A DNA stretch of 64,000 bases from Marsupella aquatica (Eukaryota; Plantae; Marchantiophyta): assembly GCA_973895155.1 (NCBI GenBank), contig OZ316895.1:14380225-14444224 (forward strand), written 5' to 3'. Under the pieces are notes generated by a model. It searched no databases. It had not been told where the DNA came from and worked only from the letters and a program-made list of their open reading frames with translations. The translations under genes and the position numbers were made by a program. This document shows, one piece after another, positions 51,783 to 64,000 of the stretch. Numbering within the stretch: position 1 is the stretch's first letter; each line of letters opens with the position of its first letter.

Positions 51783-52213
51783 CCCATGGTTCACTCTTCG
51801 CAGCGCTACTCCTTCTCCGTAGCTAATGTAAGTACAGTACTCTTACGCCTTTCAGCTGATGCTCTTGATGCAGCAGTGCTAGTATCCAATACAGAGCGTC
51901 CTCAGAAAGCTGGTCATGAAATCCATGTTTGTAGGTGAAGAGTGCTAGGTCATCAAAACTCGTTGCGCAGGAAGGGAATGGAGGAATTGCAACAGTACCT
52001 TCAATGTTTTCAAAGTTTGACAGACGCTGCGTTTCAGTTTCCCACCAGTAGTATTGCGATGAGGAAAAGTCCGAGACGAATCTGTAATCGACCAGATGTG
52101 TACCGAGCAGTGCGTCGACGGATTCCAGCCTTCGAAAACGCCATCGATTTCATCTCACCCCATAGTTCACTCTTCGCAGCGGTACTCCTTCTCGGTAGCT
52201 AATGTAAGTACAG
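51783..52213. repeat. Partial duplicate of 48330-48604 (at 51843-52119) bracketed by ~55-bp direct repeats
   Basis: CCCAT(G/A)GTTCACTCTTCGCAGCG(C/G)TACTCCTTCTC(C/G)GTAGCTAATGTAAGTACAG lies at 51783-51837 and 52159-52213. The interior aligns by eye to 48330-48604. Confidence 0.9.
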
Positions 52214-54434
52214 CTTACCCTGCATAAGTGCACCGTGTATGTGTAATGTCTAAGTGCATTTCGTGGTACCTGTAGCCGGGTCCCCTAATATGAGAACATT
52301 TGTTTTTGGTACATTTATCCGAGGGCCACTTTACACTACGGGGCAATTTAGTCCCTCTTTTTTCAGGATTGAATCAATCCCGCGCGAGAATTTAGTCCCT
52401 CTTTTTTCAGGATTGAATCAATCACGACCGTTGTTTCAGCCTGCCCGGGCGCTCCTTGCTTTAGAAGATTGGTGCGGCAAGTTGAGCTGCGGGAACTACC
52501 AAACCTGCATTCTGGTATGGATCAGCTCAGGACTCTCATCCGGGCGCTAGACTATCGGACCTCCAGAGTTGCGAAAATGGGCAGACCGCTTTCTCCTACT
52601 ATTCCTGCCTTGGATTGGTCTAGAGTCATACCGTACACAAAAAGTCAAGCTCTGTTACAGCCCTGGTAGAAAGCACTCCAATATTTGTGTCCGTCTTGTA
52701 AAGTGGCCCGAATAGGGCATATCAAATTAGCTCTTCAGTGGATGTTTCCTGTGACCTAAATCTGTGGGCCGGGTTGCAACCCAAAATTCTGCGGTTCCCG
52801 TAAACCATGACTGTCAGTTACTCGGGCGGTCGGTGCACTGATGTTTGCACAAAAAATTGCTCTACACTGAGTGCGTCGACGGCCTTTGAAAAATTGATGA
52901 TGTGCACTGTTCTGCAGGGCAATGGTATGACCAGATTCAAAGAAAACCCAGGCAATGCAAGTTTGACTTCAATCCCAGTTTGGTCATGACTGTGAACACA
53001 TATTTTTCATCACGGCTCTTTGAAAATTCTTGGGAATGTGCAGGTTTGAGACACCCTAATAAATAGCAATCCCTGGGCCTACATTCTAGAGTGAAGCCTA
53101 TGCACTTGAGTCTAATTGAGGGCATAATTGAAAGTGAGAATGCAGACAATAAAACAACCTAGAGTGAGGTCTATAGACAGGGGACTTTCCTTTGAAAAGT
53201 CAGGGTGTGGACAAAGAATAGCCTAGAGTGAAATCTCTAGAATGGGACTCTCATTGAGGGCATTAGTGGAAGTGAGGGTGTGGACAAAAAACTGAGATGG
53301 GGGCCAAAATGAACATGAAATAACATTGAATATTTTCCTTTCAAATGAAGGTTTTTTCTCCTTGTCTCTATTTAGGTTCAAGGGATGAGTAACCAGGCTA
53401 GTGCACCAAAATATGCACCATTTGTACGTGCATTTCATTCTATGAGAATGCACATGCATTACTCAATCACGGTAACACATGCTTTAGAGAAGCATTTATT
53501 CATAAACGCAGCACACAACTACACACATTAGTTCATGGACTTAATATCCATTCCTATTCTGCAATATGAGGGTTTAGGATTATAGCATGTTCATCCTACT
53601 ACATACTTTTTTGACTTATCCAAACAAATTGAAACAATCATTATGAGAGTACATGTGAGGAGACATTTTAGTTTGACTAGTTTATGAAACCATATTATAA
53701 GAGCTAATGAAAAAATGCACATCTTTTTAAGAGTGAGAGAGGTGTAGTACTTTTTGGGTGAGACAAGTGCATTAATCAGAAGAAACTAGTCAATGTACTT
53801 TGTGATTCAAAGGGAATTAAGTATGTTAACTTTGTTCCTTCTACTTAGGTGACACCTGTTCCTTTTTAATATTTTGCTTTATTTAGGGGACACCTGTTGA
53901 TCCAACAACCATAAACATAATAAACTTTATAACTAATGGACATATAAAATGCACTGCATCCATAAATAGAAATCTACTATAGTTGCCTGGATGAAGGGTC
54001 TAACCTCCCATGTAAGAAAAACTTAAAATGATCAATAACATATAGGGAACCTAATAAAAACTAAGAAAATGAAAAAATCAAAGATGTTGCCAAAAATGAC
54101 TAAATTATAAATAATGCATGGCTAAAGCATAGATTAGACAAGATTAACATAAAAATGTATTACAAGCAACTTGGATAACACAAGACAACCAATGATTATC
54201 CGGCCATATAGCATCCTCATGATAAAGAGTATGATGTGCATGACGTGACAAGGCTTGTTATTTTCATAGACTACATAAATAAACTCCTTCAGCAGTACTG
54301 GATAGCTCAAGACTGACACTGGCCACACACTCATTTCAATTAATGGAGGATGTACCGTTCCAAAGATGGCGGAATACTTTTTGGTTTTTACAAGTAGAAC
54401 GATAATGCAAGGCACTTCAGCCTAAAATACACAC

Positions 54435-54548
54435 TGTGAGAGAGGACTTGTTGGTATTTTAGAATAGAACAAGCCCTATGCAGGTGCATTGTGAGAGAGG
54501 ACTTGTTGGTATTTTAGAATAGAACAAGCCCTATGCAGGTGCATTGTG
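54435..54548. repeat. 55-bp perfect tandem duplication
   Basis: TGTGAGAGAGGACTTGTTGGTATTTTAGAATAGAACAAGCCCTATGCAGGTGCAT occurs twice. Confidence 0.95.
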
Positions 54549-57500
54549 CAAGAAGGGCTGGTCCCATAGGGAGAAAGTGCATGGAATGTAAACATGGGTC
54601 GCTAAGCCCTATGCGTCCTTGCTAGGGTGGGGATGGAGGGGCATAATGAGTGCACGGGGGTGCACGGAAGGGAGCAAAATCTGATGCATGTTTCCTTTCA
54701 CGATCGAATGAATACGAAAAAAGATATGCTTTAATCTGACGATTCAGTTTCATTCCTGCTGATATTCAAATTCGTAACGAGACGACAGACGAAAGTGACC
54801 AAATGGGTAGGATTGTCTATTATGGTGTTAGATTTGTTAGGCACTTTAGTCTAACATACTTTAGTCTAAGGGTGGCTTTACAAGACCTCCGGGGCAGTTC
54901 CTTCACTTTTCTGACATCAAGATCCAATCCGGGCCATCCATTGGGGAGATAGTGCTGGAATTCACTTTAGAAAACGTCGGAGAAATTTACACAGTGAGAG
55001 AGTACTAGTTGGTTTTTTAAAGTGGAATTATTTGCAAGGCACTTTAGTATTAGATAAACACTGTTTCAACCTAAGACCTCGTGGGCTCTCTTTTCAAATC
55101 ATAATTTCGATTGTCATAGAGCCCCTGGACGAAATTAAAACCTGCATCAATAACTGGACGTCTGGACGGTTCAAGAGTGACAGTCTGGGCACACATTCAT
55201 GCAAATTAATGGAGGACGTACCGTTCACAACGGGTAAGAGTGCAATTATGTTAGTTACTTGGCACTTCCAATTTTTCACTCTCTCGCCACCTAACCTCTG
55301 TCAATTTCATTAATTCGGGTTGTTTAGGTGCCCTTTTGGTATTGGACTGGTGCCTGCATTATTCTTTGGAGACCCATAATGATACAGTACCAATTTCCAG
55401 CAACTGCTTGAGTGCTTGGAATAATGGAATGACATGACTCTGCATGAAGAGATTTGTGGTGTTCAGTTACGGATCTGATTCTGCAACCACGGTCTAGATT
55501 GCCTATACTGGCTTACCTGTATATGATTATAGGTCCCAAGCAGGTAAAAAGTTAAAAATATATATAAATTGTGGGTTTCACTCAGGCCAGTCAATAAAGT
55601 TTACTTTCGATTTAGCATCATCAAAGAGAACATTTTAAGAACATGAGAAACATTTCAAAATAGGGTCAAGAATGTGATATAATAAAATGTACTACGTCCA
55701 TTAGAAGTACTTCAAAATTGTCTCATGAATGTGACGGAACAAGCTACATGATGTCCAGCATTGCTCAATAATTTCTAGCTGCACATCCAACTAAAGTAGA
55801 AATGTTTAACACGCAAAAGATAAATTGCACTTATCAGATGGCTGGGGAAGTTATAATTCACAATGTGAACACTATTTTACACGAAAGATCTTGCACTTGA
55901 TGCAAATTTCATTTATTGAGGTTGCACTTATCAAGGTCTAAATGGATTTGTTGCTTCTGCATATGATAAGATCTTGGTGACGGGGCATTGTAGGGCATAA
56001 CACCCACAAATAAGTGCCTCAGCTTGGTGTTTAAGGGGTTATTGTTAACCCTAATGCCACACTGTCTTTCCCTTAACACAATGCCGGCATTGTGTTTTAA
56101 AATAAATTTGAAAATTTGACCCTAACCTATTATACATTGATTAGATAGATAAATAAGGTACAACATAATGGCTCATATGACAATATCAATATTGAACACA
56201 ATATCAATATTTGAACACAATGCCATGAAATACAGCAAAAAAGACACGAGGTTGCTTGAGTTTTGACCCTAACCTGTTGAATAAACAAGGTTCAAAATCA
56301 TGACTCATATGACAATGTCAGTATTTGAACACAAAACCAATATTTGAATAAAGGCTATGAAATGCTATGCAAGTAAAAAAAGGGAAAACTGAAAGCTAAA
56401 ACTCTGGGCTCATTTTTGCAATAGATTATCAACTAAGGCACTTTGTTCTGGGAAAGATGATGTGGACGTTTGCTTGCGGTGAATTGCTTTGTGGGCTAGC
56501 ATACGGATTCAAATGGCGACCACCTTCCTGCCAGAAAGTAGTGGCATGGAGGGAGAAAAAGTAGGAGGTCACTCCATAAATTCACGGAAGCCAACACGCT
56601 TAGACATGACAAACTCCAAAAATTGGCCGCTGTTCGTTGGTTTGCTGTTTAAGGTGCTCTTTGGAGGCACCGTTGGAGATGCTGTAAATCCATTAAGAAG
56701 GTAAGAATTCGGTTGATTTTGGAAACAGTAAAGTATAATTTCTATAACGTGGTGGTCCAAATCTAGAGTGTACAACAAAGAACGAGGATTACGAGGAGAA
56801 AAATCACGAAGTGCATTAAACACTGGGACGGGAAAATACGAAAGGAAAAATCGTGCAATAAGTACTGGGGATCAGGTACGAGCAGACAAACTGTCACCCC
56901 GTGATCAATTTGACTAGCACGGCCTGCCTCCGAGCTCGGAGTTGCAGACTTCCTGCTCCGCCGCTCCGGCTATCTCCCAATGCCGGTCAATTACTTCATT
57001 AAATTTTACCGGTGAATGGATGTTTCGTTGTTGGGGACTGCACTTTCCCGGTCGATCACTTCATTAAATTTTACTGGTGGATGGATTCTTCGTTGTTGGG
57101 GAATGCACTTTCCCTTTAATTCGACGACTGCTCAGCACTGACTTGTTCAGTCGCCGGTGTCACATGCAGTCCTGCCGTCCTGGGAGTAGTTGTTTGTGAA
57201 CAGTCATGGCGACCTCCTCATGTTGATCTCTGCTCGACTGCTCCTGTGCTACGGGAAACAGCCTTCTCAAGTTCTCATCCACGACATAAAGACTTGTGAG
57301 CTTCGGTAATTTCAACGAGGCGCCGTAGTTCATGATTGTGTCGTGAGGCAGCCGTGGTGCCTGGAATGTAATTACGAGGGAACTCGAGTGAACAGTAGAT
57401 TTGAGAGAATTGCACTTGATCGTTGTTGAACTGATATCGACCGATGCGTCCGCTGTTCGTGCATAAAGTGTGCTCAAATAATCATCTCTGCAAGGCATTC

Positions 57501-57859
57501 GTGGCACCATTGCGCGTGTAGATGTTCTCAGTCCCTCCTCTCTGTTTCTCCTGCCACTCACGTGTCACGCGAGCATCGTTCCTTGTTACCTCGATCTTTT
57601 GCCAGCATCCTTGGTGACGCTGATTTAGAGCTTCGCTGGAGGAAACCATACTGTCAGAGGCGGTACTTCCGTACATGTGAAACTCATGCTCTCCGCTTCG
57701 TTTGAATAATTTGTATGACAGCACTGAGAACATCTAGCTCGCTAACAACGAAGACCAGGAAGTCCCGTTGCAATCGCGTGGGTGTTGTTAACGAGCGGAA
57801 AATAATTCTACAATTTCGTCAGCTATCTAGAGTGAGTGTCGGCGTGTGGGAACTTCGCG

Positions 57860-58372
57860 ATGGCAAACCAAATAGCTGACCAGAACCAACTAGTTGTGGG
57901 GAAGGATTCGATAGTCGAGAAGGAGAAGGACTTGACGTTGGAGAAGGAAAACGAATTGGCATTTGAGAAGCTGAAGGAAGGCGGCATTGTATCTTACGGA
58001 GACGAGGCGTTGGAGAGAGCCATCAAGCACCTAGAGGACCATGACCTACCGGCAGGACTGCTGCCTTTGAAGGACGTGGTTGAGAGCGGCTACGTGAAGG
58101 ACACAGGGTTCGTTTGGATCAAGCAAAAGAAAGAGACGAGACATGTGTTCAAAAAGATTGGAAAGCAGGTAAGCTACGGAGAAGAAGTCAAGGGCTACTT
58201 GGAAAAGAACCGGCTGCGTGACTTGACAGGAGTGAAGGCCAAGGAGCTGTTCATCTGGGCCCCTGTCGGAGAAATCTCTATTGATAACGCCACTCCCACT
58301 AAAATCTTCTTCAAGAGCTTTGGAGGTCTCGGCAAGCTGTTCCCCGTGGAAGCTTTCGCTAGAGGGCAGTGA
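57860..58372 (+). CDS. DUF538 family protein (intronless, 170 aa)
   Basis: LPAGLLPL..V.E.GY...TGFVWIKQ....H.FKKIGKQVSY..EV.G.LEK.RL..LTGVKAKELFIW is the DUF538 signature. Confidence 0.93.
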   Translation: MANQIADQNQLVVGKDSIVEKEKDLTLEKENELAFEKLKEGGIVSYGDEALERAIKHLEDHDLPAGLLPLKDVVESGYVKDTGFVWIKQKKETRHVFKKIGKQVSYGEEVKGYLEKNRLRDLTGVKAKELFIWAPVGEISIDNATPTKIFFKSFGGLGKLFPVEAFARGQ

Positions 58373-59809
58373 CCTTCTCTCATGCATCTTCTTGGAGGTG
58401 ACAACGAGGCACCTCTAATGATCAACATTATCTGCTCCGCTTGTACGTCACTGGAGTCCACTGTTGCCTCCTTGTTCATCTCTATGAATGATAGAGAGTC
58501 CTAGCTAGAACCCGGATCACTGCCAGGATCCCCTTTTTGCTCTCTCCGCCTTCTCGACATATAGGTAGCTGTAAGATAGTGTTCATCCAGTCGTAGTCAA
58601 ATTTGGTGCCTGCATGTTGATTCATGTTGGAGTTGGGGCTACGGACAATCGCTGCTTTGGTTTCGCATTAGACTACACATTCTTTAACTTTGTTGGGATT
58701 AACGGCTGTTGTCATGTTTGTAGTACTCTGGAAGTGTAATGGCCGGCTGTTGATCTCTACTCTTGATTTACTTTTAAAGGATATCCCTGAAGCAGTCTGG
58801 GGTTCTTCAGTTTGAGGCTCGTTTGTCGTACCACGTGCTGCTTGAGAATGTTGTCTCTCACTCTTCCCATTTAACAGCTGTGTGGGAAGAAGGGTCGATT
58901 TCGTCTTTCACACCATCAGAACTTGTCTAGACTTTTACCTTCATGTAATACCTTAATAAAGTGATTGATGCCTCCAGGCTTCATAACTCTTCGAAAATCG
59001 TTTTAAACCGGAATTGCGTTTGTTCAACATGCGTGGGTGCCATGTGATTGAGAAGAACTTTTCGACAGGTTGTGTCTGTGGGTCAATGGATGTTTACACT
59101 CTCCATCCGAGACGATCACGTTAAAAACTGCCATTCGTCTCGATACAAGGTCCTTTCTATAATAATGCTGTTCCTAAGTTCCTGTTTGTGTGGATGTTTA
59201 CATTGGCCGAGACTGACCACGTTATAGATGGTGGATGTCATACTCCTTGATGGAAGTTGTGAACGAGGTCTGTTTGTGTGGATGCTTACAATGCCCGATC
59301 GAAACTGATGGCATTATAAAAAGTGGATGTCATACTTCTAGACTGAAGGTCCGAACGAGAATTATGTGCGAAAGGGTAGGCGTAATACAATTAAGCTAGT
59401 TCTCCCTCATGTGCGGTTCACTATCTATGCATCGGATTTATCAGTAGCTATCAGCGCGATTAGTAAACCGTGGGAAATTAGCAACGAGGTGAAATCCGAA
59501 TCTTGACGCATGTGCGATCAGGTACGTCAGGTCTTCAATTTCTGTCCATGGTGGGTTTGCTGGGATCATGACTCCTTTTTGCGTCAATTCCTTCCATATC
59601 TCACACATAGTTTTACCAACTCTGCACGCTCCAGTAATGGGCCACAAAGCTGTCCTTAAACCGCCACTGGAGAAGTGTCCAAAAGACCTCTTTTTTCCCA
59701 TTCCTCTCCTCTAATGTGAGGCTTTGCTCCTCAATTTCAGGAAAAAATATTCAAAATGGTGAAATTTGTGGAACCATGTTTTTGCGATGGCTAGTGACTC
59801 TTTAACAAC

Positions 59810-60100
59810 ATAAGGACTCCCATGTAAGGACTCCAATATAAGTTACAAGTAAAGCCCGCCCAACATTTAACCCTTGACTTTCCCATAACTTAAGGTGTGA
59901 CCCCTGACTTTCCCATAAGCAAATTGAAGGTAAAGCCCACTCAACATTTAACCCCTGACTTTCCCATAAGGCACAAATTGATGGTAAAGCCCGCTCAACA
60001 TTTAACCCCTGACTTTCCCAAAACTTTAGTCGCAAATTTGGAAATCCCTGACCCTGGAAAGAGACTCAACATTTAACGCTTGACTTTTCCATAACTTTAG
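59810..60100. repeat. ~55-bp degenerate tandem repeat array
   Basis: TAAAGCCC.CTCAACATTTAACCCCTGACTTTCCCATAA recurs 3-4 times. Confidence 0.85.
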
Positions 60101-60169
60101 GGACAAATCTGGAAAAAACTGGAAATCCGGGACCCCAGAAAACCACAACTGAAGCCATGTGAACGTTCC

Positions 60170-60745
60170 TGACATTGTGATGGCTGTTGCATTTGAACCT
60201 GACATTGTGATGGCTGTAATCAAGAATGGAGAAAAGAAAAATAGGCTCATTGTGATGGCTGTTGCATTTGAAATGGCAGCTAATCAAGAATGGAGAAAAA
60301 AAAAAAGGCTCATTGTGATGGCTGTTGCATTTGAAATGGCAGCTAATCAAAACTGGAGAAAAGAAAAATAGGCTTTGAAATGGCTAATCAAGATTGGAGA
60401 AAAGAAAAATAGGCTCATTGTGATGGCTGTTGCATTTGAAATGGCAGCTATTCCAGAATGGAGGTGCTAATCAAGAATAGAGAAAAGAAAAATATGCTAT
60501 GAGACAGTGAGGCCATAACTCTTGGCTTATGGGGTCCATGAGTCAATGCTACCTCCCCCCATTTTTAGAATTTCATAACTGAGTCTCATAACAGGAGTTA
60601 TAGGATATATCACAACTTTGTAATTTTCACTAATGACCCAATTTTGAGATGCCCTAATGAATCACATTTAACTAACTAACAGGAGTTATAGGATGTATCA
60701 CCAATTCATAATTTTCACTAATGACCCAATTTTTAGATGCCCTAA
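60170..60745. repeat. Tandem repeat arrays (~62-bp unit, then a ~90-bp duplication)
   Basis: CATTGTGATGGCTGTTGCATTTGAAATGGCAGCTAATCAAGAATGGAGAAAAGAAAAATAGGCT recurs. TAACAGGAGTTATAGGAT...AATGACCCAATTTT.AGATGCCCTAA occurs twice. Confidence 0.85.
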
Positions 60746-62068
60746 CGAACAAGTTCTCCATGCCGTTTGTTGACCCACATCTTCCATGGTGCAAATTAAC
60801 TGGTTGGAGTGTATCGGTTCACACTAGTGTTGAGAGGGTAACAATAAATGTTTTTTGGTTCTCGACCAGCTGAGTCGGTGAAGGGAATTTTCTACACCAG
60901 GTGAGTAGACATACCATGAAACTGGTATTTGGGGTCTCTAACGTGTTTCCAAATATCCAAGGTATATTAGAAACAACAATTAATTTCCTGATTATTAAGG
61001 AATTTTCGGTATAGAAATTTGGACATGCCTTACCAAGGTATTAAAGTACAAGTAGGGTAAACTAGGAATAATATTTTAGGACCCAAAATTGAAACACACA
61101 TCAAGGACAATCAAAGTCCTTTTAGCTTGCAAAATTTGCCAATCATCTAACCATCAGAATATATGCTAACAAATGCAACATCAATCAAATCAGCGCAGGG
61201 GAGTTTTGTAAAAAAATAGCATTTGTTAAATTTTCACCTGAGAGAAGAGAATTTGCTACTTTACTAGGCTAAACCAGCAAGAGAGGCATTTGAGAGACAG
61301 GAGGCATTCGAGAGAGGCACTCTGCTTAAATGTGAGATATACAAGGGATTACAAATTAACAGGGAGGATATTTCATCCCGCTTTAGAAGATGAAATATGA
61401 CTTAGGCAAGTGGGAAAATGAGCTGAAGTAGAAGAAGATATGTTTTGGTGGAAGGCTGTTTCGAGGAGATAACATCATACAGCAGTTCTTGCACATTTGG
61501 AGGAGGGCCCTGGCGATACCTCTTATGCCACCACCGAAATCTCAACCCGAAATGTGGTCAACGGTGAAGTCATCAACACAGGCGACATTAATTTGTAAAT
61601 TAATCAGGAATGACACTTGAACAGACCGGACATCTGACAATATTTACTTTTCCTACACAATAAGAGTGACTGGTAAAAATAGTGAACTCAACCCTTCAAT
61701 TAAATTTCCGAGACGACCAAAGGCTGTCTCCAAGGCAAAGTTGTAGCCCATTGCGAAGAAAGAATGGCGTCATACTTAGATTTGCAGAAACCCAAGAAGT
61801 GAACCAAATCCTACTTACATCGCCAACACTAAATTTTGCTGGGTAAGCACCAGCACCGTGAGTATATCTAGTCCCTAGTCTTGCACTCCGAGACTCCAAG
61901 AAGTATTCAAACTGGTAAATGAATGAAATCCAAATTTCCTAATTGGTGCCGTATTTATCAGGATTCCGTGTGGGAGAAGGAAATCCCTCAACCCATGTAA
62001 CTTTCATCACATCTGATAGTGGTTGTACCACGAAGAACAAAATTTCTCACAGCTTCAAGAGCGATATC

Positions 62069-63791
62069 CTATTGTGAAGCTTCCAGAGCCTTTATTTCTG
62101 CCCTTAAATCTGCTTCTTGACCAAGTTTTTCACGTTGAGCAGTTGTCAATGATCCTGGGGCCTTTTCCTTCAGCTCCTCAAGCTGTCTGAGCCTTTTTTT
62201 CAGGGCTCTCAGAGTCTTTGATACGTCAGGTCCACCTGATCCATCCTCAAAAGATTAGTCTCGGAGCAAAAATGCCATACATGATAAGGACCTTAAATAG
62301 GAAATCCTAGCAGAGGCACCCAGTTCGATTTCGTGAAGCACGAGGAAAGTTGCAAATTTACACAAGAATAATGAAATGGGATTCTTTCAGCCAAAACATT
62401 AGTTCAAGCGACACAGTCTAAATTATCTTGTTGCAGAAGGAAGTATGATAAGTCTTGGAAGAGTTCATTATACCCATCTGAAAACCAGTTTCTCAGCTAG
62501 ACTCAGAAAATTACCAGAGGAGGGCCGATTGTCTATAGAAACTCCTGCCAATTGAGTATTCTGCAGCTCAAAAACACAGCTACCGGTCAGTAAAGCCGAA
62601 ATACATTGACAAGCTACTCACTGACTCTACTTATTAACTGTTCGGGATATGCTTGCACGGCAGTACAAGCTGATGACGCAATGCAATGTACCATTTCCGA
62701 AACGTCGGCAGGTTGTGATGACGAGTTGGCTGCCTCTGCGGGTCCCTCTTCTGATGCTGTTTTCTTGGCACGTCGCTTCTGGTTCTTCAAGGCACTTTTG
62801 CTTAGCCCTCCCCTAAGCAATCCAAGATATCATCAGCACACTCAGGTCATTCCTTTTAGTTAACGTGGTGAGAAACCTGATTGAAAACTCTGTTCCAGAA
62901 TCAAGAGTGCAGTTAAAACCTCTACAACCAAAGACACAGGTCTAAGAAAGAAGTCATACCCGGGTAAGTTAGTTTTCTCATCCTCCCCGAAGAGCTGTGA
63001 CACAGGAACAAAGTCAATTTTTGTTCTGACAGAGAAACAGGCTCAGAACGACACTTTAGACGATCACAGATGTATCCAAATCACGCGGCTTGGTGGTTTA
63101 CTAGCCGACGGTTTTGCACTCGGGTCTCGTAACTTGCAGATAGTTTTTAAAAACAACCGTCTCAGAAAAAGTTTGACAGCACCAAGGAAAGACAAACCTG
63201 GGCCTTGACCGCAGCTGCATTGCTTGCGTTTGGTGGACGATAGGCTGCTGGTTTAACTTCCGCCACTGGAAAATAGGTTGAGACGAACCACAGTAAGGCT
63301 CCACACCGAAGCCATTATGAGATAACAAGTCAAGATGCATACCCGTGAAAACACTCAGACAAGGTACACCAACAACTGGAAACAGAGCATAGATTTGTGC
63401 ATCGAATACCGGAACTGAAAACATACCAGGTTTTTTCTCCTGCTTCTTTGCAACTCTGGTGGTAGGGCTTGCAGGCCTGTCTGGAAACAGTTCGTTTGAG
63501 GCAGGCCGCCATTCAGCCTGCGTAAGAGTAAGATGGATCTCAGATTCCAAGTGTTGACATGAGTTGCAGGTGGAAGTACAATTAGCCCTTCCGCATTCCA
63601 GCTTGAATTTCTTATTTCTGGAGACACTTAAATTCTGTGCCCTAAATATTAAGGAGAGTCAAAGTTAACCTACATGAATTCGATAAAAATTTGAATACTA
63701 TTATAATGCAGTCAGACCAAAGCAGACCTGGTAAAGTTTATCGTATTTCTTCTCCTGAAGAAGAGTACCATCGTACTTGAAAAACTTGATT
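62069..63791 (-). CDS. EIF2A: Eukaryotic translation initiation factor 2A, 3' exons (63791-63728, 63517-63427, 63265-63198, 62994-62960, 62812-62692, 62560-62515, 62235-62069); 5' part lies beyond the window
   Basis: IKFFKYDGTLL...KLYQAEWRP, KPAAYRPP, LSKSALKNQKRRAKK and the terminal KTLRALKKRLRQLEELK...QREKL match eIF2A. All junctions are GT-AG and in frame. Confidence 0.88.
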
Positions 63792-64000
63792 CTGTCAACC
63801 AGGGAGTACAGAGTCAGGTCTACTTGGGGACCTGGCTATATCAACATTGAAGGTCCCTATATCAACATTGAACAACAACTAAGCGAACATTGAGCATCTC
63901 TGACTAGAATTTAGGACACCTTTCGGTTAAGGGTCTGGCTAAGTATGAGAAGTTTTTTCACTAGTAAACAACAGCACTAATACTGCTAACACGCGGGCCA

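Noticed and set aside
59802-60500. Repeat arrays as CRISPR-like loci or repeat-protein ORFs
   Set aside because: The units are head-to-tail without unique spacers, the context is eukaryotic, and no cas genes are present.
62069-62820. PYM1 (partner of Y14/Mago) call for the basic motif and terminal coiled coil
   Set aside because: Upstream exons give KLYQAEWRP and AAYRPP, which fit eIF2A. No PYM RRPDG motif was seen.
1-64000. tRNA, rRNA, snRNA genes and autonomous transposon ORFs (RT, integrase, transposase)
   Set aside because: No diagnostic motifs were seen by eye. A covariance-model or HMM scan would be needed to exclude them.

Overview
Eukaryotic, intron-rich land-plant nuclear DNA. It looks like a seed-free plant, but the species cannot be determined from the sequence. 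I assembled nine spliced or intronless gene models by hand: kinetochore SPC24 (-), a secreted LRR-only protein (-), a two-RRM RNA-binding protein of the RBPMS/Scw1-like plant family (+), thylakoid lumen 16.5 kDa protein MPH2/TL16 (+), a tail-to-tail pair of class III peroxidases, an EMB2752-like small membrane protein (-), a DUF538 protein (+), and the 3' part of eIF2A (-). There is also a frameshifted orphan coding region with a partial duplicate flanked by direct repeats, plus many tandem, inverted and dispersed repeats. The most notable signal is non-canonical splicing. SPC24 needs both a U12-type GT-AG intron and an AT-AC intron with U2-like signals. The RRM gene needs a GC-AG intron and a U12-type AT-AA intron, whose adjacent AG acceptor would give an alternative open C-terminus. 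All exon structures are inferred from sequence and remembered homologues, with no transcript evidence.
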